DNA from: Chrysomallon squamiferum
Taxonomy: Eukaryota > Animalia > Mollusca
Direction: 5' to 3'
Assembly: GCA_012295275.1 (NCBI GenBank)
Contig: CM022665.1
Span: 2,852,001 to 2,916,000, forward strand
DNA: 64,000 nt
Shown here: one piece after another, positions 44,478-59,615 of the stretch
How positions within the stretch are numbered: position 1 is the stretch's first letter
How the letters are laid out: each line of letters opens with the position of its first letter
The notes under the pieces: generated by a model
What the model saw: only the letters and a program-made list of their open reading frames with translations
What the model was told of the DNA's origin: nothing
Databases searched by the model: none
Made by a program: the position numbers and the translations under genes

Positions 44478-45432
44478 CAGAAATGTGTTAACACGATATA
44501 ATTTCATTAAATTTAATGCGTATTGTTGTTATTATTATTATTATTATTATATCGGTATTGATATATGTTAAATTTGATGATGGTGAAAAATAATGAATAT
44601 GAATACGTATCACTGTACTTGGTGTATGCTAACAATCAATTGATAAACACGTTTTAAATTTATTAATATAATATAAAATTAAATCGTTGAGTTTCAATGA
44701 TAAAAAAAAAAAAAAGTTAAATAAAAAAAAAATAATAATAAAAAAAAATAAAAAGAAGTAGAAGAAAGAGAAAATTGACGAAACAAAACATCTCGAAACT
44801 ACATCCAAAAAAATATCGTACAAAAAATATATAAAATAAAATAAAATATAAATATAAATAATATTTAAAAACGTAAATTTAAATAAATGAATATACAAAT
44901 ATCCTTCAAAAATTATTGCTCGAAATAAATGAAATATCACAACTCAAAATAATGCAACATACATTTTTTATATTTTTTCCAGCAAAATATGAGTTTATAA
45001 TATTTCATGAACATTTCTGGTTTTTAGTTTAAACGTTGAATTCTTTAAATTATCCTGTCTCTAAAATTTGTGTGTATCATATTTTATCAGAGTCGACATT
45101 ACTGTATTAATTATGTTCTGTTTAATTACACAATCTGTTTTTAAAACTGTGTGTGGCGAACTGTATTTGACGAATATACGTACATACGTCTTGTAATTTC
45201 ACACAGGTATTTTATTTTAATTTTGTTTTGTTTTTAATTACAACGACAACAACAAAAAATTTCGCCACTTCTATAAAATAACCTATAAATTTATATTTTT
45301 GCAAAAGTTTAATATTTCAGAAAATACATAATAGATTTCGCAATAATAGAAAATAATCAATACCTGTTTCTAAACAATAAAAAAAGAGTAAATAAATAAG
45401 TAAAAAAAAAAAAAAAAAAAAAAAAATAAATA

Positions 45433-45464
<32 letters not shown>

Positions 45465-47754
45465 TAATAATAATAACAATAATAAAACTGAACAACAGTT
45501 AAAGTTTGTTAGTTACATCACAGAACATTAACAAACGCAACAAAACAACAATGTATATAAAAATGTATTAATTAAAAATAATTTAGAAAAGTACAAAGCA
45601 AAATAAAGATACTCAAACAAAAACAAAAAATTAAAATTAAAAAGCTCAAACAAGAAAAAAATAAATGATAAAATGTAATTATGAAATCCTTTACAATTCT
45701 TTAACACGTTTAAACATTATTAATTTAAAATGTAAAAAATATGAAATAATAAATGAATAAAATGAAAGAAAATAAAATAAAATAAAATAAAATAAAATAA
45801 AATAAATAAAATCAAAAATCAAAACTAATAAATAAAATCATATATATGAAATAAACAAATAAATAAAAAAAAAAAAACAACAAAAAATCCACGAAAGTCA
45901 AAAACATATAAAACTAGTGAAGATGTAAAATAAAAGAAAATGTTATATAAATAAAAAAGAAAATATAACAGAATACAATACAATACAATATCAATATAAT
46001 GTAATACAATACTATACATTATACAATATAATGTAATACAATACAATACAATATTATACAATATAATATAAATAAAAGAAAGAAGAAAAAAGAAAATACA
46101 ATTATTAAAACTAATAAAGCACTCTAGCGTAATGATATGATTCTCTAATGGCTAAAAACAATTTATATAAAGCAAAGAGCGTATTCAGTTTTGTCCGCAG
46201 TGTAAATGTTTTATTCAGAGAAACGAACCTAGCAGAAGCTGGTGGTTTCCAGCGAACAGTAACAGAACAACGGAACTCTGTCTAATTAGGTTTTGATTAA
46301 TACCGCAAAAATCTTCAAAGTGATAAAACAAAATCCGATGACTAATTTACGGCTTCCTTGGTAAAAATGAAAATTGTCAGACGTTGAATGAAGATGAAGA
46401 AAAAAATCCGCCATAAAAGGATTTACCTCTATTACGGTGGTACTTTTAGCGGATTTTCCACTCATTTCAAGATTACACGAGGAAATGCCTTTGGCTTGTT
46501 ATTTTCATCTACGCCGTCCCAACGCCACGTGCCGCGTACTGATACACAAGGGAACGGAGCCTTAATTGACTCTATTACGATTTATATTCTTCAAACATGT
46601 CACCGATCTGTGGGTGGAGTGGAGAGTGGACTTGGAGAGGGGGTGGGGACGCAGACCCCCCCTCCCCAAATGTGGGCCTGTAATGGATGACGATCTTGAC
46701 ACATAGCTCCTTGTGCCGAGGAAGCCATTACTGGCGCTGTAGACTTGCTTTTTCGGTAGGGTTTCGTGCGTGATAAATCTGTAGGAAACTCATCTGACAC
46801 TCTTCATCTCTTTGTCACACAGTGCTGATTCATCTTCTTAATCCCCAACTCCGTGCACATCTATTTTGTCTTTGGCATCGACGATATTTTACCATGCTCA
46901 TCATATTTATATACACATAAACATGATCACTGATACACGCACACACACAAACACACACACCGAAATACACGCACTCACACACATATAGAAAGATACCAAA
47001 TTTAATACACGTACGTACATACCCAGCTATATGTAATACACCCCATACGTACATATGTAGTCATAGATGCATACATATATGCAAACATGAAGACATGCAT
47101 ACATTTACCAACAACATTAAAAAGTTTAAATTCAGACATTTCGGTTTATAATTTGTTTTCTTTTTTCTCTTTTTTATTTTAACTTTTAGAATTGAAAATG
47201 TAAATTTGCGTCGAAAATGCTTTGGTTCTTATTGTTTCTTTTCTTTTCTTTTTTTGTGCTTGTTTTGTTGTTGTTTTTTCAGGTTTGTGTGTGTGTGTGT
47301 GTGTTGTTATTTTGGAAGTTTTTTTTTAATTAAATACACAATGCATTAAATGTATTAATTAATTTAAATCAGTCATATACATATATGCATTTGATTATGC
47401 ACACCATTAAATTCAGGAACGAACAGATAAGGTATTATTTTCATTAGATCATCACAATTTTTAAATTTAATAATTTTATTATGTTATTTTAAAATCATCG
47501 ATTTCATTTTTATCAAATCTAAATAATTAGGAGAAAAATGTTGAAAAGTTTTATGTGAAATATCATTTTCTGATATGTTTTCTTTTACTTCTTCATTTGC
47601 ATATTTTATTGTTCTGGATGTACTGTTAATAACAGCATCACCGATGATAACGACAACAGCAACAGCAAAACTAACAACAACAACGACAATAAAAATAATA
47701 AGATGAAGAAGAACAACAACAACATTATTATTAACAACAATAATAATATAATAA

Positions 47755-47918
47755 TAATAATAATAACAACAACAACAATAATAATTAAATACTAACAATA
47801 ATAATACTAATAACAACAACAATAATAATAATTAAATACTAACAATAATAACACTAATAACAACAACAACAACAATAATAATAATTAAATACTAACAATA
47901 ATAACACTAATCACAACA
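47755..47918. repeat. Three tandem copies of a ~50-bp unit (AATAATAATTAAATACTAACAATAATAACACTAATAACAACAAC)
   Basis: ATTAAATACTAACAATAATAA occurs three times. Confidence 0.85.
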
Positions 47919-48188
47919 GTTCGCCCATGTAACAGCGCAGTGTTTTAACAAATGGATCTCACAATTAGAAGGGATGAACTCACAATTAGACAAAATTAAT
48001 AACGACCGTGCACGCCGGAACGAACCCCCTGCAACTAAGACGTTTCACTTTGTCCGTGTTAATCGTGCAACAAACGCAGATGAAACTGAACACCGTGTCA
48101 GGTGTTGTTTTCACGTGCAAACACCCATACATCAAAATCATACCAATGATTTATCCGTTGTGAAACCATCAAGCAACAAATTGAACTT

Positions 48189-48225
<37 letters not shown>

Positions 48226-49197
48226 ATCTTTTGCTTTTAACGTAATCATGCCGATAAAATTACTTTAAATGAATTAAAATTTGGTTTTTTTGTTGTTTCT
48301 TTAGGATATTTATGAAGTTATAGAATACCGTAAAGTAATACGGGTTTTATTTGTTTATTTATTTATTTATTTATTGAGAAGTAAAACTATCAACACATTA
48401 TTAATAGTAATTTAGCGTTTTGGTCGTAGTAGTAGTAGTAGTAGTAGCAGCAGCAGTAGCGATATGGTAGTGGTAGTAGTAATTGGAGTAACAGTAGTAA
48501 AAATAGTAATACTGTAGTAATAATAACTGAAATAATAATAACAGCAGCAGTACTAATACTAAAAATCAGTCGACTAAATTATCAACGCTCTATGAAGAAT
48601 ACTTGTGAAGTTTAAGATGAAAATTTCTGTTTTTCAGATGACAGTTACTGATTCAGAACGAGTTTAAACCTGTTCATTGATGATATTTTAAACAAGTTGA
48701 GACAAATGAAAATTAATCAATTATAACACACGTTAATCTGCTTTTCTGAGAAGATAATAAATAATTGAAAAAAAAAAAAAAAAAATTAAAAAAATGAAAA
48801 AATAAGTTTTAATATACAGAAACAAATTGCAAATACACTATAGAATTTAAAAATAATTATATTCTTTTATGCGACATTAACACCAATCAATCTCATTTGC
48901 ATCTCTCTGTTTTAAAAAGACTTTATTTTGAAATTTCGTTGGCAGTCGTACACACAAATGTATAGGTTGTTGTTTGTGTAATTCTATGTCATGGTAACGG
49001 TATTTCCTGTTAGGTGTAAACAAAATGCGCGAAATCATTGTTATCTCAATTCAAAAATGAGAGATATTGAAATGAATTGAACATAAAGGGATATGCTAAT
49101 TTTTTCTTTCTATAATTGTTTTTTTACGAGTAATCGAAACAAATAAATATTTGAACCATACAGATGTACTAGATAATTCTGAATCGTAATTTTTATA

Positions 49198-49262
<65 letters not shown>

Positions 49263-49682
49263 TTTTTATTATTATTTTTTTTTTTAAATAAGAGTTAAGA
49301 CGTTTTAAGTGAAAAGTAAAATAAAATAATAATAAAAATACTGAATATATTAACAAAAATTCCAGCGTTTTATCACCAGATATGTATTTTTGGTAGTTTT
49401 ATGAATAAGAATCGTTATATATAAGATATGGAAGTAATGAAAATGTAACAACTAGAAATATAAATGTATTTCAGTGTTAAAAGTATCACTGTCTGAACAG
49501 CTAAATGAGTATGTTTGTTACTGTTTAACATTTCAAGACTTATTTTATTATTTTGTCTGTGTTGTGTATGAAAGTTACAGTCTAATAAATATGTACTCAA
49601 CTGGAATGTCACTGGTTTGTACCAACAGTAATAGTAATGTTAATCATTTAATTCTGGAATGGTGAAGAAATACGCGCTCTTT

Positions 49683-49713
<31 letters not shown>

Positions 49714-49906
49714 TATTATTTTTATTATTATTAATAGCATGATCTTAAATACAAAGTACCAAATCTAGTTAACTCAGTTGTGAAATTTAATGAAATAGGA
49801 AATAACTCAAAAATATTTTAGAGACCCATCGATATTAAATCTTTCTTGTACGTTTGTTTTACAAGTTTTAAAATGTAGAATTATACCCATGGAATTGTTT
49901 CTTCTT

Positions 49907-49937
<31 letters not shown>

Positions 49938-52900
49938 TTATTATTATTTAAATTAGTCACGGAATAATAGAAAATCTTGCAATTAAAATTTAAGAATTTA
50001 TTGTTGCATGCATTTTCTTTGGAAACTTAAACAATAACTGCAAGAATGCTACATGACGGAAATCACACAGATACACAGCACATGCACGCAAACACACACA
50101 TAGCACACACATAGCACACAGTTATTCTACAAAGACATCTGGGCTGACCAAAGGCAGTTCGGCTTTATCAATATTAATCAAAAGCTTGGACTTTGAGAAA
50201 CTTATTAAAATATTTTTGGCTGGACTGAATTTAACCAACGCAAAACAATTTTCTTCTACAGTTTTCTTCTGTAGTGATATTTTATGCTGAAGGGATGTTC
50301 AAGACTAGTTTACTTTTAATTTGTTGTGTTTGTATGCCTAAGGCATTATTTGCAATGCACTCAGTTGTGTCAATAAAACATCTTAACAACAGTTTTTCAA
50401 TATGCCTTTTCCTGAAGTCAAAATCTTCCAAGTGTATTTATCTTCCATTCTGAAATCAAATCCCATAAATGTATTACTACACCTGATTACAAGGAAATGG
50501 ATAGAAATTAATTATTGTATAGATTATCCCCATTACAGGCAAGCTAAGGCCACTTCATTTGTGTTAAAAGAGTGTGGTCATTTTGGAAATCTAAACATGA
50601 CGTTAGAGGGTTTTTCGCTGAAATTAAAACAGATTTTCTAAATGTTCCTTGATGCTCTTCACAGAGACACCTTCATTTATTAATCCATTAAGTTAATTCT
50701 GTGTACGCTTCAAAACATTTATCAAAGCCGATTTCAATTCATTAAGACGGAAAATGTGGCGGCAGTTTTTCAGAGGTTGTTTTTAGAGGTCTCAGGTGCG
50801 GGGTTTGGTTTTCAAGACGAGGATGCCTATGATCTATTGTGGAAAGCAGACGCAAAGAAACAATATGGTCCTGCCCAGATGTATCTTCAGAGTCAATACG
50901 CCGAGATGTTTTCTCATTAAACTAATGCTACGGTCGCTGCCGTCACAGCATGTACAAGTGGATGCTAACGTTTTGACATCATTTCTTGCTTGCTCGAACG
51001 TATAGAGGCGGAGCAACCTTAATCAGGGAGAGGTGAGGCCAAACATATTGTCACAGAAAATTAATTGGTTCGACAAATCAATATCTAATAAGAACCCTAT
51101 GGCTTTTTGAGACAGCCAGGCCTTTGTTGTCCTCGGCTCATCAGCGAATGACTTCAGCGGTAAGAAGATTAGGATTCGTAAATAGCAGAATATGATTGCG
51201 GCTCTTACGCCTTGTTGGCCGATGACTGGTGACAGGGAAAAGACACAGAACGGCGAGGGATCCGCGTGACGTCCACGCGACGCGAGGACAAGCTCGCGCA
51301 ACGCGCACGTGAAGCGCGAGCCGTCTGCCCAGCCCCCCTGGAAATCTCCTCCACGTCTTCTTTAGCCAGACTCGGACGAGCCATCTGATCCAGACTTCTG
51401 TAGCACATGCTGCCCCATTTTCTACTTTGTGTATTATCTTTAATCCCTAACTCAAGCGCTGAAATAAATTATTATTATTATTTTTTTTATTATTATTATT
51501 ATTATTTTTTTTTTTTTGGTTTTGTTTTGTTTTCGCAGTTTCCAGTGTCATCCCATGTAAAGCAAACTGCGTTAAACCTGGTATTTACTCGGAATAAAAT
51601 AAAATAAAAAAATAAAATATTTAAAAAAAAAAACAAGTTTTAGTGATGTTAATAAAGAAGCGGAACTTTCTTACTTTCGAGCTGGTTGTGAAATGCATAA
51701 TTTATGACATATGCAAATTATTTTTATATTGTATTACTCTTATTGTATTATTTTAATTATATATTTTTGCTATCTAAAAAAAAAAAAAAAATAATAATAA
51801 TAAAAAAATAGCATATCAAATTTATTAAAGAATTTATTATTGTTACTGTTGTTGTTCCTTTTCTTGAGTACCATTCACATTATTTCAAAAAGTAATAATA
51901 TTAATATATTTTTCTTCCAGCTATAATTTAACGTGCGTGTGTTTGTTGTTTGTGTGTAGATATATATTTACAGAAATAACGAACATAACAAGTTTTTAGA
52001 TGTTTATGTAGTCGTAGAACTATATCATATTTTAATTCTCTTATCCAATTATTATTATTTTTTTTTTCCCCTAAATAATTCAGTTTCTACAGTAAAAAAA
52101 ATAAATAATAACAGGATTATTTATTTATTTATTCATTCATTCATTCATTTGTGTATCTATTTCTTTATTTCTTTACTGCAGTTGAATGGAACTGTCCCTG
52201 TTTTGATTGTTGTTGTTGTTACTGTATTGTTATAGAAGGTATTTTACAATAACGACGACGACGACGACGATGATGACATTGATGATGATGATGATAATAA
52301 TAATAATAATTATTATTATTATTATTGTTTAATAATGGCGACGTAGGAGTGATTCGCACAAATTATGAATGAAAAAAAAAAAAAACATTAAAAAAACCCC
52401 AAAACACATCTAAATTAATTAGTACATGTTACAAACATGTTTTTTTATTCGCGGAGCGCGCTTATACACACACGTGCGACTATGAGAACCACTCTGTCTC
52501 ACACACATCCACACTGTCACAATCTATCAGTCACTTTGTCACCAAAGACTTCACGTCGTTGATCACGTGTTGTTGCCCATCAGAGGGTGATCACTATTTG
52601 TTGCTAATTAGCGCAATCAGTTCTCGGATTGTTTTCCCTCGCTACCGGGTCTTCCCCAGCGTCTGTATCCCGTTTCTAATCAGCCAGTTGACTGGAGTGC
52701 TCTCCCTTTCAGCAAACGATCACGGCCGATTACCCGGCTGTCACGTCGATTTCCGCCAAAAACCAAACACCGGTATGGCACCTACTGGCAACAAAAGGTA
52801 AAAACAGACGTGCACGCGCTCCGAACAACATGGCGGCCGTTGATCTTCATAAGCGATTGAACCCGTGCACGTGCGCCCGCCAGGTAGAGTTAGTAGCGAG

Positions 52901-53775
52901 CGCCGTTTCGAAATTGGATTGTTTGTGTCAAGTCGTCGCTTAATGTGCACATGCCGAACAAAGACGGGAACTGCGCAAGGAAATACTTGCAGTAGCGAAA
53001 ACAAACGAAAGCTAACAATAAGTGACAGAAATATTAACGGAATTAGATTAAAATTGAAATAAACAATCGTACTGAAGCACATAAAAAAATTAGAGAATTC
53101 CTGTATCTTTTTTTGTTAATTTTTTTTTGTTGTTTTTTTTGTTGTTGTTGTTGTTGTTTTTTTCCCATCAAAGTAAAGCTTCAACAACTGTACCAATTTA
53201 AATAAATATATATATATAAGTAGAGTATAAGTAAATGTAAATAAAAAAAAGAAAAAAAAGAAAAATAGACGGGAGACAGAGAAAATGAGATGAAGTGGTT
53301 CAAAGTGAAATCTTACTCTGTTATTTTCCGTCTGTCATAAATAGTTGTGTAAGGTTATTTATATATTCACGTAAACTCACAGATCGATTATTGTGATACT
53401 TTCAGTTATTCGCCACACTGTTATTTATTTATTTATATACCGCACTTCAGATATATGTATTAAAGACAGTATTTTTTTATTTATTTATTAGTCATAGCCG
53501 AAGTGCGGGTATTAGTCATAAGCTGCCTTTGACACTCGCATTAAATGATTTTTTAAATGTAATAATAAGCTATTTTATTTGTTTGTTCGTTTATTGTTAT
53601 TACTGTTATTGTTGCTGCTGCTGCTGTAGTTGTTATTTTAAAAAAACAAAACAAAAAAAAACAAAAAAAAAAAAAACAACAACAACAAACAACAAACTTG
53701 TAATTGTTTCAGGACGAAAGGACCTTCGTTAATTAAAATGAATAAACAAAACAAAAAAACACGCACACACACACA

Positions 53776-53806
<31 letters not shown>

Positions 53807-54293
53807 TTACTATAAAAACCCAAACAAAAATAATTATAAAGTCGATACTAAGCCCTGATTAAAACTGATGTTGCACACACACACATTTTACACAAAGTAT
53901 TATTTGTGTAATGATTATCAGTGTTGTAATAATTTTAATATCCTTTATCAGTCAGCACGTTGTCACCTTCGAGATTAATTTCCCAGCATGCACAGAAAAC
54001 CACATCAAACGTGTGAATAATTACCATTAGTAATAATACATTTATATTAAAATAACTTATCAAATTAATTAATCAATTTTATTAGTGACTGCAGAAGCTG
54101 AAATAATGTTTAATGTTATTTCTTTTTATTGCTGTTGTTGCTAATGATGGTTCTTGCTTTATTATTATTATTATTATCATCGTTATTATTATTATTATTA
54201 TTTTTATTATTGTTGTTTTTATTATTATTATTATTTTCGTTTATTTTATTTCTTTACTTATCTGACTACATAATTATTGTTATTCTGATTAGC

Positions 54294-54470
54294 GACTTTT
54301 GACATTTTGTGATGTTGATGTTGATTGATTGATTTATTTATTTTTATTATTATTATTCTCTTTTGTTTTCATTCTTTTTATCTTTTAACATTAGGAACAT
54401 TATCGTTGTTGTTGTTGTTCTTATTATTGTTATCATAATCATTGTCATGAAGATTGCTATTATTATTATT
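54294..54470 (+). repeat. Dispersed microsatellite-rich repeat, copy 1
   Basis: GACTTTTGACATTTTGTGATGTTGATGTT ... TTATTATTCTCTTTTGTTTTCATTCTTTTTATCTT ... ATTGCTATTATTATT shared with 59185-59412. Confidence 0.8.
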
Positions 54471-54994
54471 TCATTTTATTTATTTTATTTTATTTTATTT
54501 TATTTTATTATTATTTTTTTTATTATTATTATCATTTTTTTAAATCGAAATGATGGAATACTTTTCATTAAAAAAAAAAAAAAAAGTTGATTAAAAAAAT
54601 AAATAATAACAAAAACAAAAACAAAATATTATCGTTATTGACTTACTTTCGCAAAACAGATGAAAAAATTAAATTCAGCGACACAAAAAAAAACCGTACA
54701 TAACGAATATCAGTACATAATTGATTATGATGGTCCTTTTGTCATTGTGAGTGTTTAATCATCGTTGAAAATTGGCGTTTTTAAAAGCGGTATGGTTTCT
54801 GACAAACTGAAACTGGAATATAACCGTTGTAATTCAGAACATGCACGTGAAAACAAATCAAACGAAATGACTAATTTACGTCAAGACAGTAAAGAAAGCA
54901 GTAAAATACACAAATAACAACACGTTCATTGATTTACTTCAAAACTAAATATTTATAAAACAAAATGAATATTAAAAAAATAGTCATTTTTTCG

Positions 54995-55040
<46 letters not shown>

Positions 55041-55143
55041 TTGTTTTTATTTATAAAACAAAACAAACATTGAAATGATAAAGGTTTTTTTTGTTGTTGT
55101 TGTTCAGGTTGTTTTTTTACCTTGTTTTTTTTTTTTATTTAAA

Positions 55144-55178
<35 letters not shown>

Positions 55179-55680
55179 TTGTTTTTACTTATATCGTTCA
55201 ACGTTTCTGTTTTGCTCACTTAATCTATTTTATTCCCTATTAATTACATCTTTATCATATTTACGTAAATCCTTCGTTTTATTTTTTTTATTTTCTTCAA
55301 CCTGTAGCCTCGAGCAGTAAAACTTTAAACGGGAAACGCTGACCAAAGCACGCACGCTAACGACGTACGAGCCTGGAATCCGATTTGACTGGCAACATTT
55401 TCCAAGTCTGGTTTCTAGGCTAAGAATCTCTTGTGCACGGCTGTGTGCGGATTTCTCGTAAGCCAAACCTACTTGTACTTGGACATTTAGAAAAACATCA
55501 GAAGACAAAAGAAGTGAAGTGTAAATCAGATTGGGGTCACCGTCTCACGTACAAAGATGTCTTAAGTCGTAGGACAAGAATTTATTTTACACACGGTCGT
55601 ATTTTTGTACGATTCTTCCGCAAATACAACGACGTTGTCGAAATATGTTAAACTAGGAAAAGAAAAGGGAGGAAGAGAGA

Positions 55681-55727
<47 letters not shown>

Positions 55728-55798
55728 CACAGATATATAAAACGTAATATTTACTATTAATAACGACATTTTGACAAAAATAATGTTACCAGCTCAGA

Positions 55799-55871
55799 TA
55801 AAAATGTATAAACATAAATATAAGATAAATATGTGGAAATGAGAGCTGCGCACAATATTATCAGTGTATCC

Positions 55872-55873
<2 letters not shown>
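55799..55873 (-). repeat. Dispersed repeat copy B, abutting (AAT)n
   Basis: Reverse complement of 24131-24206 with a few mismatches. Confidence 0.85.
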
Positions 55874-55909
<36 letters not shown>

Positions 55910-56343
55910 TAATGACGACGACAGTAATGATGATGATGATGATAACAATCATAAGCTCAATAATTCATTTAATTTAAAACGAAGTTAAACTGATAAAATA
56001 TATAAGATTTTGTGAAAAACGCAAGAAAACAAGGATTAAAGTCGAAACTATTTACCTTATTTATTATAATTATTTTTAAAAAAAATTATTTATTATTTTT
56101 TTATGTTATTTGTTTCTCTCTCTTTATTTATTTGTTTATTTATTTTGAATTGTATAGTAAGTCTCATACATGTTTTTTGATGAATCACAGTTTATGTCAA
56201 CATCAATAAATAAATATATATATATAATAACTGAAGTATTGTTAAATTTCGTAGTTAAATGTTATATACATAGTAATCTTTACTAATCCAGGAGCGAAAG
56301 CTCACAGCATAAAAGGAATATTTTGTTACAATTTTAGAACCAT

Positions 56344-56958
56344 TATGTAAGCGTTTCTTATGCGTATGTTACGAGAGTGTGCGTGCACACGCGCGCTCGC
56401 GTGTTTTTGAAGCTAGAAGATTCCCCTATTTCCAGATATTGTAAGTCTCAATTTGATATTTTTAACAAATACTATTTCATGGAAACAGTAAAATTTTCGG
56501 ACAAATAATAACAGTATATTCATGTTTTTAAAACTTCAATTCACTGATAAATTAATGTTGTATATAAATAATATTTCTTACCTAACAGATTTCTGTTGCT
56601 TCGAGTACGCGATTTTAGTTTTAGAATTAATTTGTGTGCATTTGAACCAATCCGAATAAAGTGCTGTTTGAGCAAACTTAGATTTGTGAACATGCTGAAT
56701 GTGATTTATACTGCTGTTCTCTTAACAACATAAGGTATTCTTGCAAACATCAAAATTAAGAGAGCTTACATACATATGTGAATATACTGGGTTAGTTCGT
56801 AGCGTGTTTCAATAGCTGTCGTTTGAGCACGTGATTCTGTTTCGCACGTGACTGAAATAAAAGATGCATATTCTGAAAGGTGAACAAAATAGCACATACG
56901 AGCAAATATATAAATATAATCTTTTAATTTCACTTTTTAAAAAATGTGTTCGAACCCC

Positions 56959-56990
<32 letters not shown>

Positions 56991-57212
56991 CTCTGTGGTC
57001 GCATCCTAACTGATGAACTTATCTAAGGCCAGAATTTCGTTTGAAAAAGTAACGACATAAATATTATATTGAAGACTTCTCAGTTTTTATAAGCCTTTTT
57101 AAATTTAATTACTGAGAACAAATATTCAGTGTATTTTTTTATGTATTGAAAAGTGGTCAGTTAAAGCCTACTATGTAAGCCTTTCCTACGCGTATGTTAC
57201 GAGAGTGTGCGT
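56344..57212 (+). repeat. Pair of 41-bp direct repeats (56344-56384 and 57172-57212)
   Basis: TATGTAAGC.TTTC.TA.GCGTATGTTACGAGAGTGTGCGT, 3 mismatches. Confidence 0.8.
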
Positions 57213-57779
57213 AGAACTTGTCTAGACGTATTTTATATTTCGATTTACTTATTAATAAAGTAAGTCAAGATAAAATTGTGAGAAATAATGGAGCTGACAT
57301 ATTTCATTGTGTGTGTGTGTGTGTGTGTGTGTATACATGTGTGTGTGTACGTTTATATGTATCTTTTTTTAAATTAATATAACGATGTCACGTGATCTGT
57401 GAACATACACCATACCTGTCATTTCTCTGACATAGTGCGGAAATCACTAAATATTTCACGTATCCTCAGTCTGTGGAGGATTTTGCTTCTATGTTTAAAT
57501 TAGAGACAAAAGTAATGGAAGTGACTGTGTATGCATGCGTGCGTGCTTGCGTGCCTACGTGTGTATTATCATATTGGTTAAATTAACAATGGGGGAAAAA
57601 AACCCTAAAGTTTACCTTCTAATTTCGCTGGTAGTAAATAAAGAAACATTTTTATATTGTTAACGTTTCCATCCAGGGTCACAGTATTCGTCGTGTGATA
57701 ATCTAAGGGAAATAACTCTCATTACACATGAAAGACTGGTGTTGTGTTTGTTAATAATGCAAAAATGAACCATAAACTA

Positions 57780-57826
<47 letters not shown>

Positions 57827-57998
57827 ATTAAAAAGATATTTAATGAAGATTGAAATCAATTTAAGAAATAAAAAGTTGTGAAATTTTCTCTTCAGTATTT
57901 TCATGGTGACATTCTGTAGGTAAGTCGGGGAAAAAACAAAACAAATTGTAAGGGTTTCCAAATTAAAATTATTCCTACATCACTGGAACGAGCATGGA

Positions 57999-58097
<99 letters not shown>

Positions 58098-59184
58098 CCA
58101 TATTTATGATGATAACTTGACAAATAACAGAGTAATGTCAGTTTTATGTTTCGTAAATGCCTGTAATTTTGGCCTTTTGTTTCAAGCTTTATTGAAACAA
58201 ATATGTGATCGAAAATTCATTAAAAAGCAAGATATCTCTCTGATTTTGTGTCTGAAAACAGAAAATATTTCTAGAATAGCAAAAACAAACCCATTGAGAA
58301 ATATGTGTTCAAAGTCACTAAAAAAGATTTTATTCCTGAAATTTTAAAAACGAACAAAAACGTTGGAACGGGAAATGGTGCTGTTCAACTGGGTACAAGC
58401 GATGTTGCGGAGTCCGAAAACTCGAGTAATGGCGAAATTTACGATTCTGTCTCGTACATATAATGATATTAAAAGCAGCCGTTTCTTGCTTGACAAGATT
58501 TTAACAGTGGTAAAAGAACAGTAAATCTGTATTAACTATCTGTTCGTACCGTTCGGATGTGATAATTGAACAGTTTTATAGGGACATTAGCTATTACTGC
58601 TACGTTGTAATGTTGCTTGCCACTGAATGATGGAAAGAAGAAGAAGATGAAAAAAGAGTTGTTGTTGCTAGAGAAGGAAAAAACATAGTGAATTCTCCAT
58701 GAAGACTACTGTCAGAAACAACAAAATGAATTTCACATCAGGATTCAATCATGGAAAAATTAGTCCACGTACAAGGGCACTAAATGTCGCTTTAAAAACT
58801 AAATTTTTTTGTTTTATTATTATTATTTTTATTATCCATTGTGCCTTTTCTTCTTCAGCCATATTTCAATAATTTCATGATAAATTATAATATTGTATTT
58901 GTTTGTTTTAAATTGCAGAATAACGAAATAATATTTGAATATTTGTCAGTGGTGTAGGTGGCGTTCAGAATCGATGAAATAATGTGGTTGTCTACCCTGA
59001 TATTGTACCCGGATGTTTTAAATTTTCACAGAGCAAAATAAATTCGCAAAAGACTGAGTCACCAATGATTTGCTGTTGAGTTGTACCACTGTTTATAACA
59101 ACTTTCGAGTGTCGAAAAAGGACTTCGATGATGACTTTGATGATAATGATGATGACTGTTATTATTATTATTATTAATAGCTGT

Positions 59185-59319
59185 GACTTTTGACATTTTG
59201 TGATGTTGATGTTTACTTCTTTTTATTTTGTTTATTATTCTCTTTTGTTTTCATTCTTTTTATCTTATAATATCCCTGTTTTTATTATTATTGTTGTTGT
59301 TGCTGTTCTTCTTCTTCTT

Positions 59320-59350
<31 letters not shown>

Positions 59351-59412
59351 TTATTATTATTATTACTATCGTCATCATCATCATCATCATCAGGAATATT
59401 GCTATTATTATT
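59185..59412 (+). repeat. Dispersed microsatellite-rich repeat, copy 2
   Basis: Same three anchor blocks in the same order as 54294-54470. Confidence 0.8.
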
Positions 59413-59561
59413 GCTGTTGTTATTTATTAATTTATTCATTCAGGTGTGATTTTTTTCTAATAATAAAGTATAATCAAATATACAAATCTAGTTCTTCTAA
59501 AGTAATGTCGTGAGTTCACTTACTATAAATATCTGCGAATACAACCAGCGCTATGTGTACA

Positions 59562-59615
<54 letters not shown>

